A DNA stretch of 64,000 nt from the human T2T-CHM13v2.0 reference genome, Homo sapiens: NCBI RefSeq assembly GCF_009914755.1, contig NC_060928.1. One strand, written 5' to 3'. Every line of letters begins with the position of its first letter. Positions within the stretch are counted from its first letter, which is position 1. Shown here one piece after another: positions 1 through 20,265 of this stretch. Under the pieces are notes generated by a model. That model saw nothing but the letters and a program-made list of their open reading frames with translations, did no database searches and was not told where the DNA came from. Made by a program: the position numbers and the translations under genes.

Positions 1-3000
1 CACGAATGCCCTGCTGCCAGCGTCCAAGCCCACTCTCCACATTAGCCATCGTGGTGCAAAATAACAAAGCAACAGTGATGTCTGGTGTGTCCTGGCACAC
101 GGCAGTACACTGCGATGAAGAAAAATGATTTTCTAAAGCAAACGCCTAGCTTCCTGTTGGAACATCCTATCACAGGCATGGTGCTGGTAAAGGGCAGAGA
201 CAGAGTAGCCAAAGCCCAGATTTCAGAATACTCTGAATAAGTAATGTCATACCCACCCACACTCAGAACATTGCTGGGTGAAACTGGCCCCATCTCTCCT
301 TTCTTCTCTCATTGGTCCACTACCCACTCTCCTTATCTTTCAGCACCGGAGTTCATGTAAGTTCTAATATACACACACAAACTCTTCAACCACCTACTTT
401 CCCCTCTCTTTCTAACACTTATTCACTAATTTTAAAAAAAAACTTATTTTACATTTTCAATGTATACTTCTTCCTCCCCCTTTTTTTTCTCTCTTTATTT
501 CCTTCATTAGAAGTATTCAGGAATGTAATCAGCATCCTAGGACTCTACAGTTGTCCCCACAGCACCAATATTCTACTTTACAAAGTGCCTGAAGGAAATA
601 CCTTGGCTAAGCAGTTACTGGTCATGGGAAAGAAATTTTTGCCTACAATGGGACCTAAATAAGATGAGAAGATTTAAGATAAGACCTGCCAAAATGTTAT
701 ACAGTTTTCTAGCCTGATTAAGGATCATATTCAGCATCAACTTGTATTTCCCAGGAAATCACTGTAAATGTATCTCTCTAGCAGCAGTGATTTCCTATTG
801 TCAATGTAACTTTGGCAAGCGGCTACTTCTTGGAATTGGAGTGCTGCTTATTCTTTGGAACTGTCTCAAGAGGAGGTCAGTTGGTAATTTGGATTAATTG
901 GGGGATATAAGTAGAAGCATGGAAATGGTATGTGAAAAGATAATCCAGAACCTGTGATGAACAACTACCCTTTAAAAATGTTAAACATTCAGACTATTAG
1001 GCATGCTGGAAGATGAGCAGTCAGTCAGATTCCCAAAGGATTATGCCCAGAGGCGAAAAGGAAAAGAGTCTGTATCAACTGCATTTATTAAAGACATTTC
1101 CATGTGAAAGAGAAATGAGAAGCAGCTTATATGTGCTTTCTACTTTTAGCTTTACTGTATATGACATTTACCTGGCCTATATGGACAAAAAAGGTACAGT
1201 TCAATAGGCTATTTACCGTACAAGTGCTTTTTAGAGAGCAATACTATTCTATTTAGAATTTTTTAAATACATGTGAAATGAAAGAGTATTTTCTGAATTA
1301 AAAAATAAAATCCTATCATGTGTCTTCTAAAAAGAAACAGCAAGCTTGAGGATAAGACACTTAATACATTGTGTTAGTTCTAAGACTATATTTATATTTT
1401 TATAAATAATATTTATTAAAAAATTTAATGCTTTTAGTTGGCTCTTCTTAACCTAAAACTTTGCTTTTTTGCATTTTCAGAAGATTTTAGTTTTCTTAGT
1501 TTGTTAGTGACACTTGGGAGATTGTTTTCCTTTTTTTCTTTGAACAATACTATCAGAGAGTCTATTTGTTCTGTCTTAATTATATCTACAGCTTGTATTA
1601 GATTTGGATACCTCTTTAATTTGGAAGTTAGTTTTTTATTTTTGGGTTTCTTTTCATTGAAAAATACTGAAAAATTTTACTGATTCAGACTTTTCATAAT
1701 AAATGTAAGAGCATAACTATTATCTTTATGATCTTATGGTCACTTGTAGTTTAAAATGTTCTCATTTATAAAATCTCAATTTGATATTGAGGGGCTAACA
1801 ACCCAGGGAGTGGGGAATTCCCATCCACATTGTTCAGAGGAATGCAAGGTCAGTGATAGGAAGTGACTTATGAACAAACTGCAGAGCTGTAGCTTGAATT
1901 CTGATTTATTCCAGCTATTTATCTCCTCTATACTATATGTGCAAGAAACAGCTTGCAGACTGGATCTGTAGAAAAGCATACAGTTTCAGAGAAAGGTACC
2001 ATTCTCGCTGGTCTGTGACTTGAATCAAGCCCTTAAACCATGCTCCCTGGTAAGCATTCTAATTGTCTCTGGTCATTTCTCTCTTCCATTCTCTATAGGA
2101 GCTGCCATATACCTTTGCATCTTTATTAAGCTCCTCCCCATAAGCTCCTTCTCCACCTCCCTTGGCAGTTAAATTTACATTCTTCTTCACAAAGAAAACA
2201 AAACCTCAGGTAAGAACTCTCTTGACTTTCCCCCACTAATTGACCAGCATCTATCCAACACTTTCCTTTCTCTCCTTCTCCTGTTACAATGGAAGGGGTA
2301 TTCCCTCTCTTGTGACTTCTTAGAGGCTTTGTCTAATCCTGGACCATGTCTAAATCTGGCCCCTCAAGATCATTTCATCCACAAGGGAGAAATATATTTT
2401 GTTGTCTAATTCCAGGCCACTTGCAGGAGACATATTTAATTGCCATATGTTCCCATATAACCTTGTGCCTGAAAGCACTTATCACACTATTTTACTTTTC
2501 AAAACCACGACTACATTCTCAAATCCATGACTCACAGGTCCAGCCTGTTTACTGTAGTATCTCCTGTAGCACAATACCTGAGACAGGGGTCGGTCAATGG
2601 TTTCTGAATGAAAAAACACAACAGCTCAGGTACCCACAAATATACGCTCAGGATAACTTGTGATAGGTGTTAAAGCAAAAGGTCAAAAAAAAAAAAAAAA
2701 AAAAAGAAGAAATCTTCAGAGGGGTCAGTAAAGCCTTCGCTCAAGGAAGATATGGGCACTTATGAGGAGCTATTTGTCCACTGAGAGAGAGAAAGAATTT
2801 CAACCAGTGAGAACAGCTTAACACAGGAGGAAAAGCCCACGGTTTGTTGGTGGCCAGCAGGCAAGTAGCCTTGAACAGCTGGGATGAAGGGAGATAAAGA
2901 GAAAGGCTGGAGTGATTTTGAGGAGAGCCTTCAAAGCCAGGTAAGGTAGTAGTATACTGACTCAGCAGGTTTCAGACAGACAGACAGACGCATACACACC

Positions 3001-3414
3001 CCTACCTAAAATCTGTTGTTACTACATGGTAGGAATTCTGATAGAAGTTAGTAAGATATTTCACCATTCACTAAAATGATATCCTTGGGAAAATAGTACA
3101 TGTGTTATAAATTTTGAAACTTGCTTATAAATTAGCAAATTCTATCACGTTTTACCAATATCATGAAGAGTTTTTAGAATTTTTGTTTGTTTCATCATCT
3201 CATATTTCACTCAATTCATTAAATTTTGGGTTTATGTTTAAAATAAACTCAAAATATGTTTGAATACTGTGAACAATTTTTAAATTGAATTTCTAACTAA
3301 AAAACTTCACTCCTTAACAGCAGTATGTTAGCTTCACATTCACCACTGATCCCAAGGGCCTACATTACAGAGTAAATTCTCAATAAATATTTGAGTGGAT
3401 GACAAGGAAGAGAG

Positions 3415-3503
3415 ATAGGGAAGGAGTTAGGGAGGGGAAAACTGAAGGAAGGGAAGGGGAGGGGAGAGGAGGGGAAGGGGTAGGGGAGTGGAAAGGGAGG
3501 GAG
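3415..3503 (+). repeat. GA-rich polypurine tract with G3-G4 runs
   Basis: gggaaggggaggggagaggaggggaaggggtagggg read directly. Confidence 0.75.
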
Positions 3504-4430
3504 ACAGAGAAGTCTCCTCTGGAATTGAGGATATCTGCCAGTTCTATCACAGAAGATCTGGGTGTGATGAACCCTAATGTGCTTTTATTCCAAAATATAC
3601 ACTGATAACTATACTAGGAGATTCGTCTCTTGGAATGGCCAAAAATGCTTTAAAGCAAGCACAGCTGTGACCTTTCTACCCAGGCCTCTAATGCCAGGAG
3701 GGCTTGTTGGTGGGAAGGTCACATTAAACTGTACACTGAAGTCTATGAAAGGGCAGCTCCTGGTGAGAGGGTATCTTTAGTTTCAGAAGGGAAAATAAAT
3801 ACCAATGCAGTTAAGAGAGCACCTTAATAGTTTTTTCTGTCCTAGTTCATAACTAAACTATCAATGGTAGGTAATGATTCTTAAGCAAAAAATGGTCTGT
3901 TTGGATTGGGTTATGCTGACACAATGTTTCAAGTTAAGGGCATATTTGCAAAGATCAGCATTATTTTTCTTGCTAGAACAGATGTTTAAAACTTTTGAGT
4001 AAGATATTATCTCTCCAGAATCTTATGCTTGAGCAACATTTTGCCACATTTCTTACAATCTTTGACCTACTGTAATTTATCTTTTATCTCTATGGGAAAA
4101 TAATATGTTGTCTAGTTACAGGCCACTAGCAGAAAACACACTTCATTGTTACAATAATGCACAATGTTCTACAAATGATTAATATATCTTAGACTTAAAA
4201 CCCTTCTATAGCTAGTGTTTTTCTTCTATGACAGAACAATTGGCAGCTTTCCACTCCTCAAAGGAAAGTTGTGAAATACCCTAAAGATAAAAAGGGTTAA
4301 AAATAATAAGCCCAGAGGCAAACTATCTTTGTCTCTCTGGCAGAATTATAAATTAGTCAAAGTATTCCCTGCATTAGTCTTACTTCTTTATAAGGCCATA
4401 AAAAGAGATTTCCCTCTATGTGAAGGTCTG

Positions 4431-10593
<6,163 letters not shown>

Positions 10594-10614
10594 TGAGGGT
10601 CTGAATTTAAATGA

Positions 10615-10895
10615 CACTTTCTCAATCAGGCCTGCCCTGAATACCCTATTTAACCTACAAAACCCATACTCCACCTCCTCCCAGGCAGACGTCATCCCCC
10701 AAGTCTGCTCTACTTTTTCCTTCCTCCATAGACCTAGATAACCTTCTTACCAGGTTCACTGTCTAGTCTCCATTAGAATGTAAGCTCCATGAGGGCAGAG
10801 ATCTTTGTCTGCTCTGTTCACTGACATATCTCAAGTGCCAAGAACAGTATCCAGCACATACTGGGAGAACAATGAGTATTCATTGAATTGAATTG
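10615..10895 (+). mobile_element. L2 3' end fragment
   Basis: tagaatgtaagctccatgagggcagag...cattgaattgaat, typical L2 3' terminus. Confidence 0.7.
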
Positions 10896-11267
10896 GTTAT
10901 TCTTAAATTCTTTTTGAAATAAGGTGACATAAAGTCTTTCATAAAATGGTCATAGTTTATAAATTATCATATCAAATAACAATGGATTATTGTCCAGATT
11001 ATGGTATATGAGATGACTGAAAACATCACTAAAATCCCAGGAGTGATTATACAAGTATAAATACAAGTATAAAACTGTTTCTGTAAAGAAGCTTAAGAGA
11101 ACTCAAACCAAATGATCAATTCCCTTTAGAGTAGACACCTATGGAAGCTATGCATTTGTCCAAATATGTCTAAAACTTTTTCTACAAATTCCTTTCAGAG
11201 TGGAAAAAAATATAGGGCTCTAAAGGTCACACAGTTCAATCTGCTATTGACGTAAACACTGAAGACT

Positions 11268-11398
11268 GGCCAGGCATAGTGGTTCATGCCTGTAATACGA
11301 GCAATTTGGGAGGCTGAGGCGGGCAGATCACTTGAGCTCAGGAGATCAAGACCAGCCTGGCCAACATGGCGAAACCTTGTCTCTATTTAAACAGAAGA
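11268..11398 (+). mobile_element. Alu left monomer (FLAM-like)
   Basis: Single monomer with degenerate TSD aaacactgaagact / aaacactggtgact. Confidence 0.8.
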
Positions 11399-14300
11399 AA
11401 ACACTGGTGACTAACCATCCCCTGTGCTCCGGCTGGGCTACTTCCAGTAATACAGCAAATCATCTTTGGTGAGTTAATTTGATTTGGGCACACAGCCAAA
11501 AATCATTTGAAGGAGAGCATTTTTGAAAACAGGAATTTAAAAAGTTGAGAAAAAAATTTAATTTAAAAAACAGATGATCAATTCAAAAGCATTTAGAGAA
11601 ATAAATACATTTATATATTTATTCTATATCAATAAACTGAAATAAGAGGAAAGATGACTTGTTATCAAAATAAAAGTTGATAAATATGAAACATTTTCTA
11701 TGCTTTTCTGTAAGAAAGAAGAAATATAGACAAAATTATGTTTGAACTATTTAAAGAATTTTTCAAAACTTTTCAAACTATAGAGGACAAGGAAGTATGG
11801 GATGTAGTAAACCCCAAAAAACTTAAATCTCATTCCATGTTAAGACAACAATGTACTTTAATTTACAGTTTAGGATAAAGGAAAGTGATCTTTGTGGTAG
11901 ATGAACTCCAGGATACCTACAAACACTAGATTTAATAATTATGGCTCTTCTATTTTACCTGCATTTTACAGAAATATTTTTCAAGAAAGTAAATGGTGGT
12001 TTTATTTTCCCAAACAACAAATAATATTTTAAAGATTTTTAAATCCTCTTTTTTGTTACAGGTACTGCTCATAACATCCTTCCCTGCCCCCCCCCCCGCC
12101 ACCAAATACACACAAACACACACTCACAAATACTACATACCTTCCTCTGTGAGATGATATTGAGAGAAACACTGGAGTGGGGGGAGAATAATAGTGAAAC
12201 CTAAGCTAAACTTTATGTAGAATTTTACTGTTCTGGAAATTCCTTATGAAATTGTTATTCTAGTCAGTGCAGCTGTTTTTATCTGTTGGCAATACTAAAG
12301 CAATCATAATTTGTAGTGCATCCCCAAATGGCTTTTTTAAATAAGAACATGTGTGGGAAATAAAATATTTTCATTGATATAGACCATGGAAACTGAACTC
12401 AAGCAGACACTAGGATAAAGAGATGACTCCTAAATACAAGATCCTCGCCTTAGTTTGGCATTTAAATTGTCAATTACTTTCTTATCTACTTTGTAACAGT
12501 TTTAGTATCAAATATGGCATTTGAATACAACAAGCTCAATAAATGTTTGAGCACAGGCAGACCTCTATGGTAAAAATGTCAACAAATTACTTGGCATCAA
12601 AATTCTACTATACTTCTATATATAAATGATATTATATGATTAAAATATCATAGGTAAATATTATTTAGCTAAAAATGTTCCATGTACTGTTTTAGGTCCT
12701 AGAAATGCAATAGTGAGAAAAATCAGATGTGGTCCCTACCCTTGTGAACCCAGCAGGAAAAAGATGTTAGTCAAATCTACATATCAAAATTGCAAACTGG
12801 GATTCATGGTATGAGTTGAGCTACAGGGAAGAATGGGGCTTGGGAAGTATCCCAAAAGCTCCCCTCAGGAAGTGACTAAAAGGACAGAATAGTGTGAAGG
12901 AGTTGAAGAAAAATTATTCCAGCAAATGCTCATGAAACACCTTATGAAAAAATAAAGTCTATACAAATGTTTATGTTATGGTGATGCTTATAATTTGAAT
13001 AATAAGAAACAGAGAAAATAGTGATCTAATATCAAATGACAGATACCATGCAACATTCCTTTAAAATCAGAGTAATTAAGTCTCTTTCCCATCTACATAT
13101 GAATATAAATTGTGGAGTCTAATTCAGTTTCCTCCTTCTTATATAATAGCTAGAACCACTGAAGGGGTTTGATGACATCCCTCTTAAATGTATACAGTTT
13201 CTAAGTAAATATAAATTGCCTGAAGTTCTCATACTTCTCTTTCTTGTATATAGCAGACACCCAAAATCAAGATAAGATTAAAATAAAATTTTCCATGGCA
13301 AAATTTGATATTGTATAGCAAATAATCATAATATGGATGAAGATAAGACTGATTTATTTTTAAACAACTACAGGTTAAGGGATGTTATTGTAATTTTACT
13401 TATGAAAGAAATAAGGCTCAAAAAAGTAAATGTTTCAAGGTCTTCCTGCTAAAATAGAGTCAATTTATGCACCTAACTCCATCTAACTCCTAAATTCCTG
13501 CCTTAGTCACCACATTCATGACAATGCTATATTCCTGACAAAAAAAATCACTTCAGAAATAATCTGTGCTTCAAACTTGGGGGTCACTTTCAAACATTTC
13601 AAGAAACAATGCCAAATTAAAAGTTTAGACAGGGTTTTCTTTTCCTACATTTTTCTCTTTCTTCTTGTTTCTTAAAAGTATAATTTTGTTTATTTTTTGG
13701 CCTTTTATTCAATGGGAACTTGATTTCTATGAAGCTTTCCAATATAAACATTAAAATATTTGACTTTCTTGTACTTGATTAGCAAAGACGCACAGCTGCA
13801 CACACTGTAGACCCTGGTACTCTTGAATTATCTAAATATCCACAAAATTTGACAGAAGTTAGAAGCATGAAGCAAGGTATAGATAGTATATTTCATTGAT
13901 TCTAAAATCCCTTCAATTCTAAGAGACACCAAACCTTCCAGGTGAACATGACACATTGCTAAGAAGCCTTTTCAATAAGGCATATTCCTATTTTTAAAAT
14001 GTTAAAATATGAGAAAATATGGGCCTTAGAATTTAGAGAAATAGCAGCAAAAAGGCTCTAACACAGTTCCTCGTCTGTGGTGGCTTCTCAATCCTCCCCA
14101 CTGTTCGACATCAAGAAAGGCTGATTTGGGTCCTCAATCTAGTGATTGAGGCAATCTAGTGACTAGGGCAAGGAAGGTCATCAAACCCACACTTTCTGAA
14201 AATTCACTGAAAATTAAATCATGGCAGAATGTTTTCTTTGTATTGTTTCTCCTGAAGTTGTTCCCCATTTAATAAAAGAATAAAGACTTACAGGAATAAT

Positions 14301-14877
14301 TCTGTGATTAAGAAAATAAGCTTGGTGCATTTAGCTTCTAAAATGTAACTTAAAAAGAATTCAAATGATCTTTGCCCTGACAAATGTGACTCTCCCTACA
14401 CATGTGCTATAAGGCTAGAACACTGTTCTAAAAAGGGATAATATTCTGTTCTTCAGCTGCCAAACTTTTTCATAGTACTTTTTCATAGCACTATATAAAC
14501 AGTGACCAAAAATCTTAAGAGATGAGATTCAGTTTCGAAAGTAACTTGATAAAACAAAGGTATTTTAAATGTTACATTCATCATTTTATTTCTAAATACA
14601 TGCATTTTGTATGTCCAAGTTTTTATGTTGACTCTTTAAAAATAATTAAAGCAGACAAGATGATGATACACAACTTAAAAAATAAATTCTGGCTTTTGAA
14701 GTTTTCATTTAAAAATAGATAATTTAAGTATTCTTTAAGTTCTTTACAGGCCATGGTATCATACAGTAATCAGTTTAATTTCAGAGCATACTTATCACTA
14801 AACTAGCTAAATTTAGGCTATACATGAAAATGCATAGTCTCCCAATCTTCATGTGTTCTTTTTATTTTTAAAGTTGA

Positions 14878-15181
14878 GGCTGGATGTGGTGGCTCAAGTC
14901 TATAATCCCGGCACTTTGGGAGGCCGAGGCAGGTGGACTGCTTGAGCTAGGAGTTTGAGACCAGCCTAGGCAATATAGTGAGACCCTGTCTTTACAAAAA
15001 ATACAAAAATTAGCCAGGTGTGGTGCACATGGCCGTGGTCCCTATTTGGGTGGCTGAGGTGTGAGAATCGCTTGAGCCTGGGAGGTGAAGGTTGCCGTGA
15101 ACAGAGATTGTACACCGTACTCCAGCCTGGGTCAAAGAGTGAAATCTTGTCTCAATAAATAAATAATGAAATAAACAAAAT
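14878..15181 (+). mobile_element. AluJ-like, inserted into the tail junction of an opposite-strand Alu
   Basis: Dimeric Alu with TSD taaagttga / taaagtcga. Confidence 0.85.
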
Positions 15182-15189
15182 TAAAGTCG

Positions 15190-15465
15190 AGGTCTCACTC
15201 TGACACCAGGATAGAGTGACACTATGATAGCTCACTGCAGTCTCACACTCCTGAGCTCAAGTGATTCTCCTGCCTCAGCCTCCTGAGTAGCTGGAACTAC
15301 AGGCATGCATCACTGTACTTGGCTACTTAAAAAAATATTTATTTTGGTAGACATGGGGTCTCACTATGTTGCCCAGGCTGGTCTCAATCTCCTGGCCTCA
15401 AGTGATTCTCTGACCTCAGCCTCCCAAGGAGGTGGGATTACAAGTGTCAGCCATCATGCCTGGCC
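15190..15465 (-). mobile_element. AluJ-like (its T-rich tail lies at about 14857-14869)
   Basis: Reverse Alu body ending catgcctggcc. Confidence 0.85.
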
Positions 15466-16911
15466 ATGTGTTTCTTTTTAAATGAATAATATAATACACT
15501 CCAGACTTAAACTGAAAGTGCTATACATATGAAATCACTTTGGGTTGGGTTGCGAAATTTGTTCACATTAATTTCTAATAACATATAGGGCTTCATAAAT
15601 GGCATCTGTGGTGAATGTCCAATAAAACTGGAAAAGTAAGACAGACACTATCAGCTTTCTGGATTTATGAGATAACAGAACCAGGCTTCTCCCTCTTAGA
15701 AATGGAGGCCTAAGGTCACAATACAAGGCACAGTGGAGACCTGAAATTATTTCCCGGCTCCTAATCCAGTGTTCCACCATTTGGCTACTGTGCTTTGGAA
15801 AAAGTAGCCAGTTTTTATTGGTTCCTAAAATATCTTGGTCCAAAATTCATCCAATTGTTTTACTGTTCTGTCCTTTATAGTGAAAGAGAACCTCTCTCAT
15901 TAATATGTGATAGAAGAAACTGAGTTAATTCTCCCACAGTGTTGAGAAACTTGTGAAAACTACATTGTCTTTCAAATGATTTTTTCTTTACCTACAGAGT
16001 TTGTTAGAGAGGTGAACAGGGTTATAAATGAAGTTGGTAGTCATTTAAAAGACATGAAATATCCAAAGTAGGATTTTAAAAAATGTTTATTTCACTAGCA
16101 ACATGTTTATCAGTAGACCCAACTGCTGCCAAGGAACAACTAAGATTCACTGTGCTAAAAAAAATTAGAGGCCTAAAATACCAACAAATCAACCACCATT
16201 CTGTGATATGGTTTATTTTTGTCTTTTAAATGTCTCTACAACCCTGAGAAGAGTGCATTTATTCAACTAAGACCTCTATGCCCAGCCCACTGCTGAACTC
16301 TGGATAGTCTTTGCCTACAAGGAGTACTAAGCAGAGGCTTAAGGTCAAAAAGACTTTAAGAACTCTAAAATGATTATTTCAAGATAACTCATAAGCTTCC
16401 AGGAAGAGCAAGAGGCTCATTGCTAAAACTTTAGCCAGCAAGAAAAATAAATACTGTTTTATTGAAATTTGGAATCTTGAGTTCCAGCATATCACTTACC
16501 AGCTGGTAACTTTAATAGCCCCAGAACCTGTGGAGCTTCATCATCTATAAAAGTGGGATTACACCTATTACATAAGCTGCTATCTTCCTAAAAGAAGGGA
16601 TGACATGGTCATCGTGAATAAACTACTACAGTGAGGCACTATAAGTTCTGCCAAAACTATGTCAACGCATGCAAGCAAGATTAGCTGAAAAGTCAAATGC
16701 ATGACCAGCAATTCCTTTTGCAGGTGACATGTAAAGACCATCACTGACGTAACGTATTGGTGCTGGGCTTATTCTCTAACAGAATTTTCCTTTCTTGTTA
16801 ACTCCATTAATCGGTTCCTTGACATCCATTCCTTTTTCCCCCACAATGGTACCCTCTTTAGATCTGCTGAATCTATCAAAATATAAACAATCATTAACAA
16901 GAAAGATTTAA

Positions 16912-17230
<319 letters not shown>

Positions 17231-18669
17231 TCAACAGCATTTATTAACAGGACAAAGTCCTTATTTATTTGTTAAGTCATAATTCAGGTAAAATTTTCCC
17301 AGAAAATAAGCTCCATATAACAATGAAGCTATCCCCATCAGAGCCTTTTTCACATTGTACGAAAGTTAGCTGCATTCGTGAAAAATTTTTATTAAGTCCT
17401 AGGCAAGAGTAACTGATCTTGTTTTTCTTGTTTTCCAAATTCCTAAAGTTCAGCAGAGTTCCTAGCACAGAGTAAGGAGGGGATTAAAACGCAACTGAAA
17501 TGTTGAGTCTTGGATGAAAGTTTATCCTTGCTAATTCAATAAGCAAGGAAATTACTTTGACTACTATATCCATTTATAACTGAAAAATATACACAGATAT
17601 TCCTGAATCTAGTCACAGATGGAGTAAAAGCTTCTACCATCTGGTTTATAGGTGAAATTACTTAATTGCATGTATAATTAGACTATGCACTTGTCCAAAA
17701 GATAAACATTTCCTATTTTAGAGAAAAAAATGCAAAATTAAATTAGTTATAATCTTCAATCCTTTTGCACTGGACTTCTACACCATACTACCTCAGTTCC
17801 TAAAATACAGCATCAAAAATTAAAACACAGTTTACTAAACAAAAGGGTTTACAGCATAACCAATTACTTTTGCTACATATATACCTCAGAATTAATTATA
17901 CTGGCTGTGGGGATGGGTTTCACTTAAAAGACATAAAAATTTAAAACGTATGGTAAGGAATACGAAATTTAAACAGTGACAACATAGATATATCCCTGGA
18001 AATAGCAAACATCTCCAAAGCAAATATTCCTAAGGAACATCCTCTCGTCCAAACCGCTTGGGTTAGGTTTATTTTTATAGGCCGTTGCTAACACAATAGC
18101 ATGCTTAGAAATGTTGGAACCTGTCAAACAATGGAACCAATTTTAAAAAACACTGTACTAAATAAATACTTTGGTAGATGTCAAAGCAGCTTATCTCTAA
18201 GGAAAGATTTTAAAATTGCAGTAATGATGGCAATACTAGATAAGCAAACAAAACATAAAATTTTACTAACACTGAAATAAATCATTTATAGTAGAGGAAG
18301 ATAATTAAAGATGACTTTATACATAGAATAACAGTATTCAAGTAATACATTTGCTTAGAAAAGATACTTTAAAACTGTTATTTCCTTGATTAGAGATTAT
18401 AAATATCTAAAATAGCAGCATGTCCCTCATTTTCTATTATTAACTATAATTGTTTAGTTTTTTATTTTTGTCTCACACAATTAGATAAACGATAGTGCCA
18501 CTTATTGATATGTGGAAAAATAAACAGGTTTGGGGTGCAGAGATCAGAAGTTCATTTTTGGACACGTTAAGTTTGAGGTTTCTATGAAGCACCCAAGGAG
18601 AGATTTCAGAGAGGTGTTTGGATATGTGAGTATGGGACTGAAAATGTAAAAACGAATGAATGAATGAGT

Positions 18670-18840
18670 AACAGCGCAGTGCTTTAGAGCACTTTAGACA
18701 CCAGAGTCTCTGTGGTTTTGCATCCTAGCTTTGCTATTTAGCAGCTGTTGACCTTAACAAGTTATCTAACTCTGTGCCTCAGTTTACTTATATCTAAAAT
18801 GGGGATAAGTAGGTTAATGTGATAATTAAGTAAATAAATA
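18670..18840 (+). mobile_element. MIR
   Basis: MIR core tctgtgcctcagttt...taaaatggggataa. Confidence 0.7.
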
Positions 18841-18856
18841 TTTTTAAAATTTATAG

Positions 18857-20265
18857 CTCTCCCTACTCCCTCCTCCCTCCTCCCTCCTCTCTCTCCCTCC
18901 ACGGTCTCCCTCTGATGCCGAGCCGAGACTGGACTGTACTGCCGCCATCTCGACTCACTGCAACCTCCCTGCCTGATTCTCCTGCCTCAGCCTGCCGAGT
19001 GCCTGGGATTGCAGGCACGCGCCGCCACGCCTGACTGGTTTTCGTATTTTTTGGTGGATACGGGGTTTTGCCGTGCTGGCCAGGCTGGTCTCCAGCTCCT
19101 GACCGCGAGTGACCTGCCAGCCTCGGCCTCCCAAAGTGCCGGGATTGCAGACGGAGTCTCGCTCACTCAGTGCTCAATGTTGCCCAGGCTGGAGTGCAGT
19201 GGCGTGATCTTGGCTCGCTACAACCTCCACCTCCCAGGCGCCTGCCCTGGCCTCCCAAAGTGCTGAGTTTGCAGCCTCTGCCCGACCGCCACCCCGTCTA
19301 GGAAGTGAGGAGCGTCTCTGCCTGGCCGCCCATTGTCTGGGAAGTGAGAAGCGCCTCTTCCCGGCCTCATCCCGTCTAGGAAGTGAGGAGCGTCTCTGCC
19401 TGGCCGCCCATCATCTGGGATGTGGGGAGCGCCTCTGCCCCGCCGCCCCGTCTGAGATGTGAAGAGCGCCTCTGCCCGGCCGCGACCCCGTCTGGGAACT
19501 GAGGAGTGTCTCTGCCCCGCCGCCACCCCGTCTGGGAGGTGAGGAGCGTCTCTGACCGGCCGCCCCGTCTGGGAAGTAAGGAGACCCTCCGCCCGGCAGC
19601 CGCCCCGTCCGGGAGGTGGGGGGCAGCCCCCGCCCGGCCAGCCGCCCCGTCCGGGAGGTGGGGGGGCGCCTCTGCCCGGCCACCCTGTCTAGGAAGTGAG
19701 GAGCCCCTCTGCCCGGCCGCCACCCCTTCTGGGAGGTGTACCCAATAGCTCATTGAGAACGGGCCTAAATGACGATGGCGATTTTGTCGAACAGAAAAGG
19801 GGGAAATGTGGGGAAAAGAAAGAGAGATCAGATTGTTACTGTGTCTGTGTAGAAAGAAGTAGACATAGGAGACTCCATTTTGCTCTGTACTAAGAAAAAT
19901 TCTTCTGCCTTGGGATGCTGTTAATCTATAACCTTATCCCCAACCCCGTGCTCTCTGAAACATGTGCTGTGTCCACTAAGTGTTAAATGGATTAAGGGCG
20001 GTGCAAGATGTGCTTTGTTAAACAGATGCTTGAAGGCAGCATACTCATTAAGAGTCATCACCACTCCCTAATCTCAAGTACCCAGGGACACAAAGACTGC
20101 GGAAGGCGGCAGGGCCCTCTGCCTAGGAAAACCAGAGACCTTTGTTCACATGTTTATCTGCTGACCTTCCCTCCACTATTGTCCTATGACCCTGCCAAAT
20201 CCCCCTCTCCGAGAAACACCCAAGAATGATCAATAAATACTAAAAAACAAAACAAAACAAAAAAA
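18857..20265 (+). mobile_element. Full-length SVA retrotransposon (older subfamily, SVA_A/B-like)
   Basis: CT-rich head 18857-18900, Alu-like domain to about 19270, GC-rich VNTR about 19270-19740, HERV-K-derived SINE-R, AATAAA near 20232 and A-rich tail. Confidence 0.95.

Noticed and set aside
2685-2705. Orphan poly(A) run as a retro-insertion
   Set aside because: No TSD or upstream element body found.
1-4400. SEC24D exon 9 (zinc finger) or a nested gene
   Set aside because: No matching minus-strand peptide seen; the ORFs here are short and non-coding-like.
16496-16509. 14-bp palindrome ttaccagctggtaa overlapping a donor-like site
   Set aside because: Lies in MIR-like sequence; a few such palindromes are expected by chance in 64 kb.
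19218-19893. Repeat array with Arg/Gly/Pro-rich ORFs (CRISPR-like or coding)
   Set aside because: SVA VNTR; units are contiguous variants without unique spacers, and there are no cas genes.
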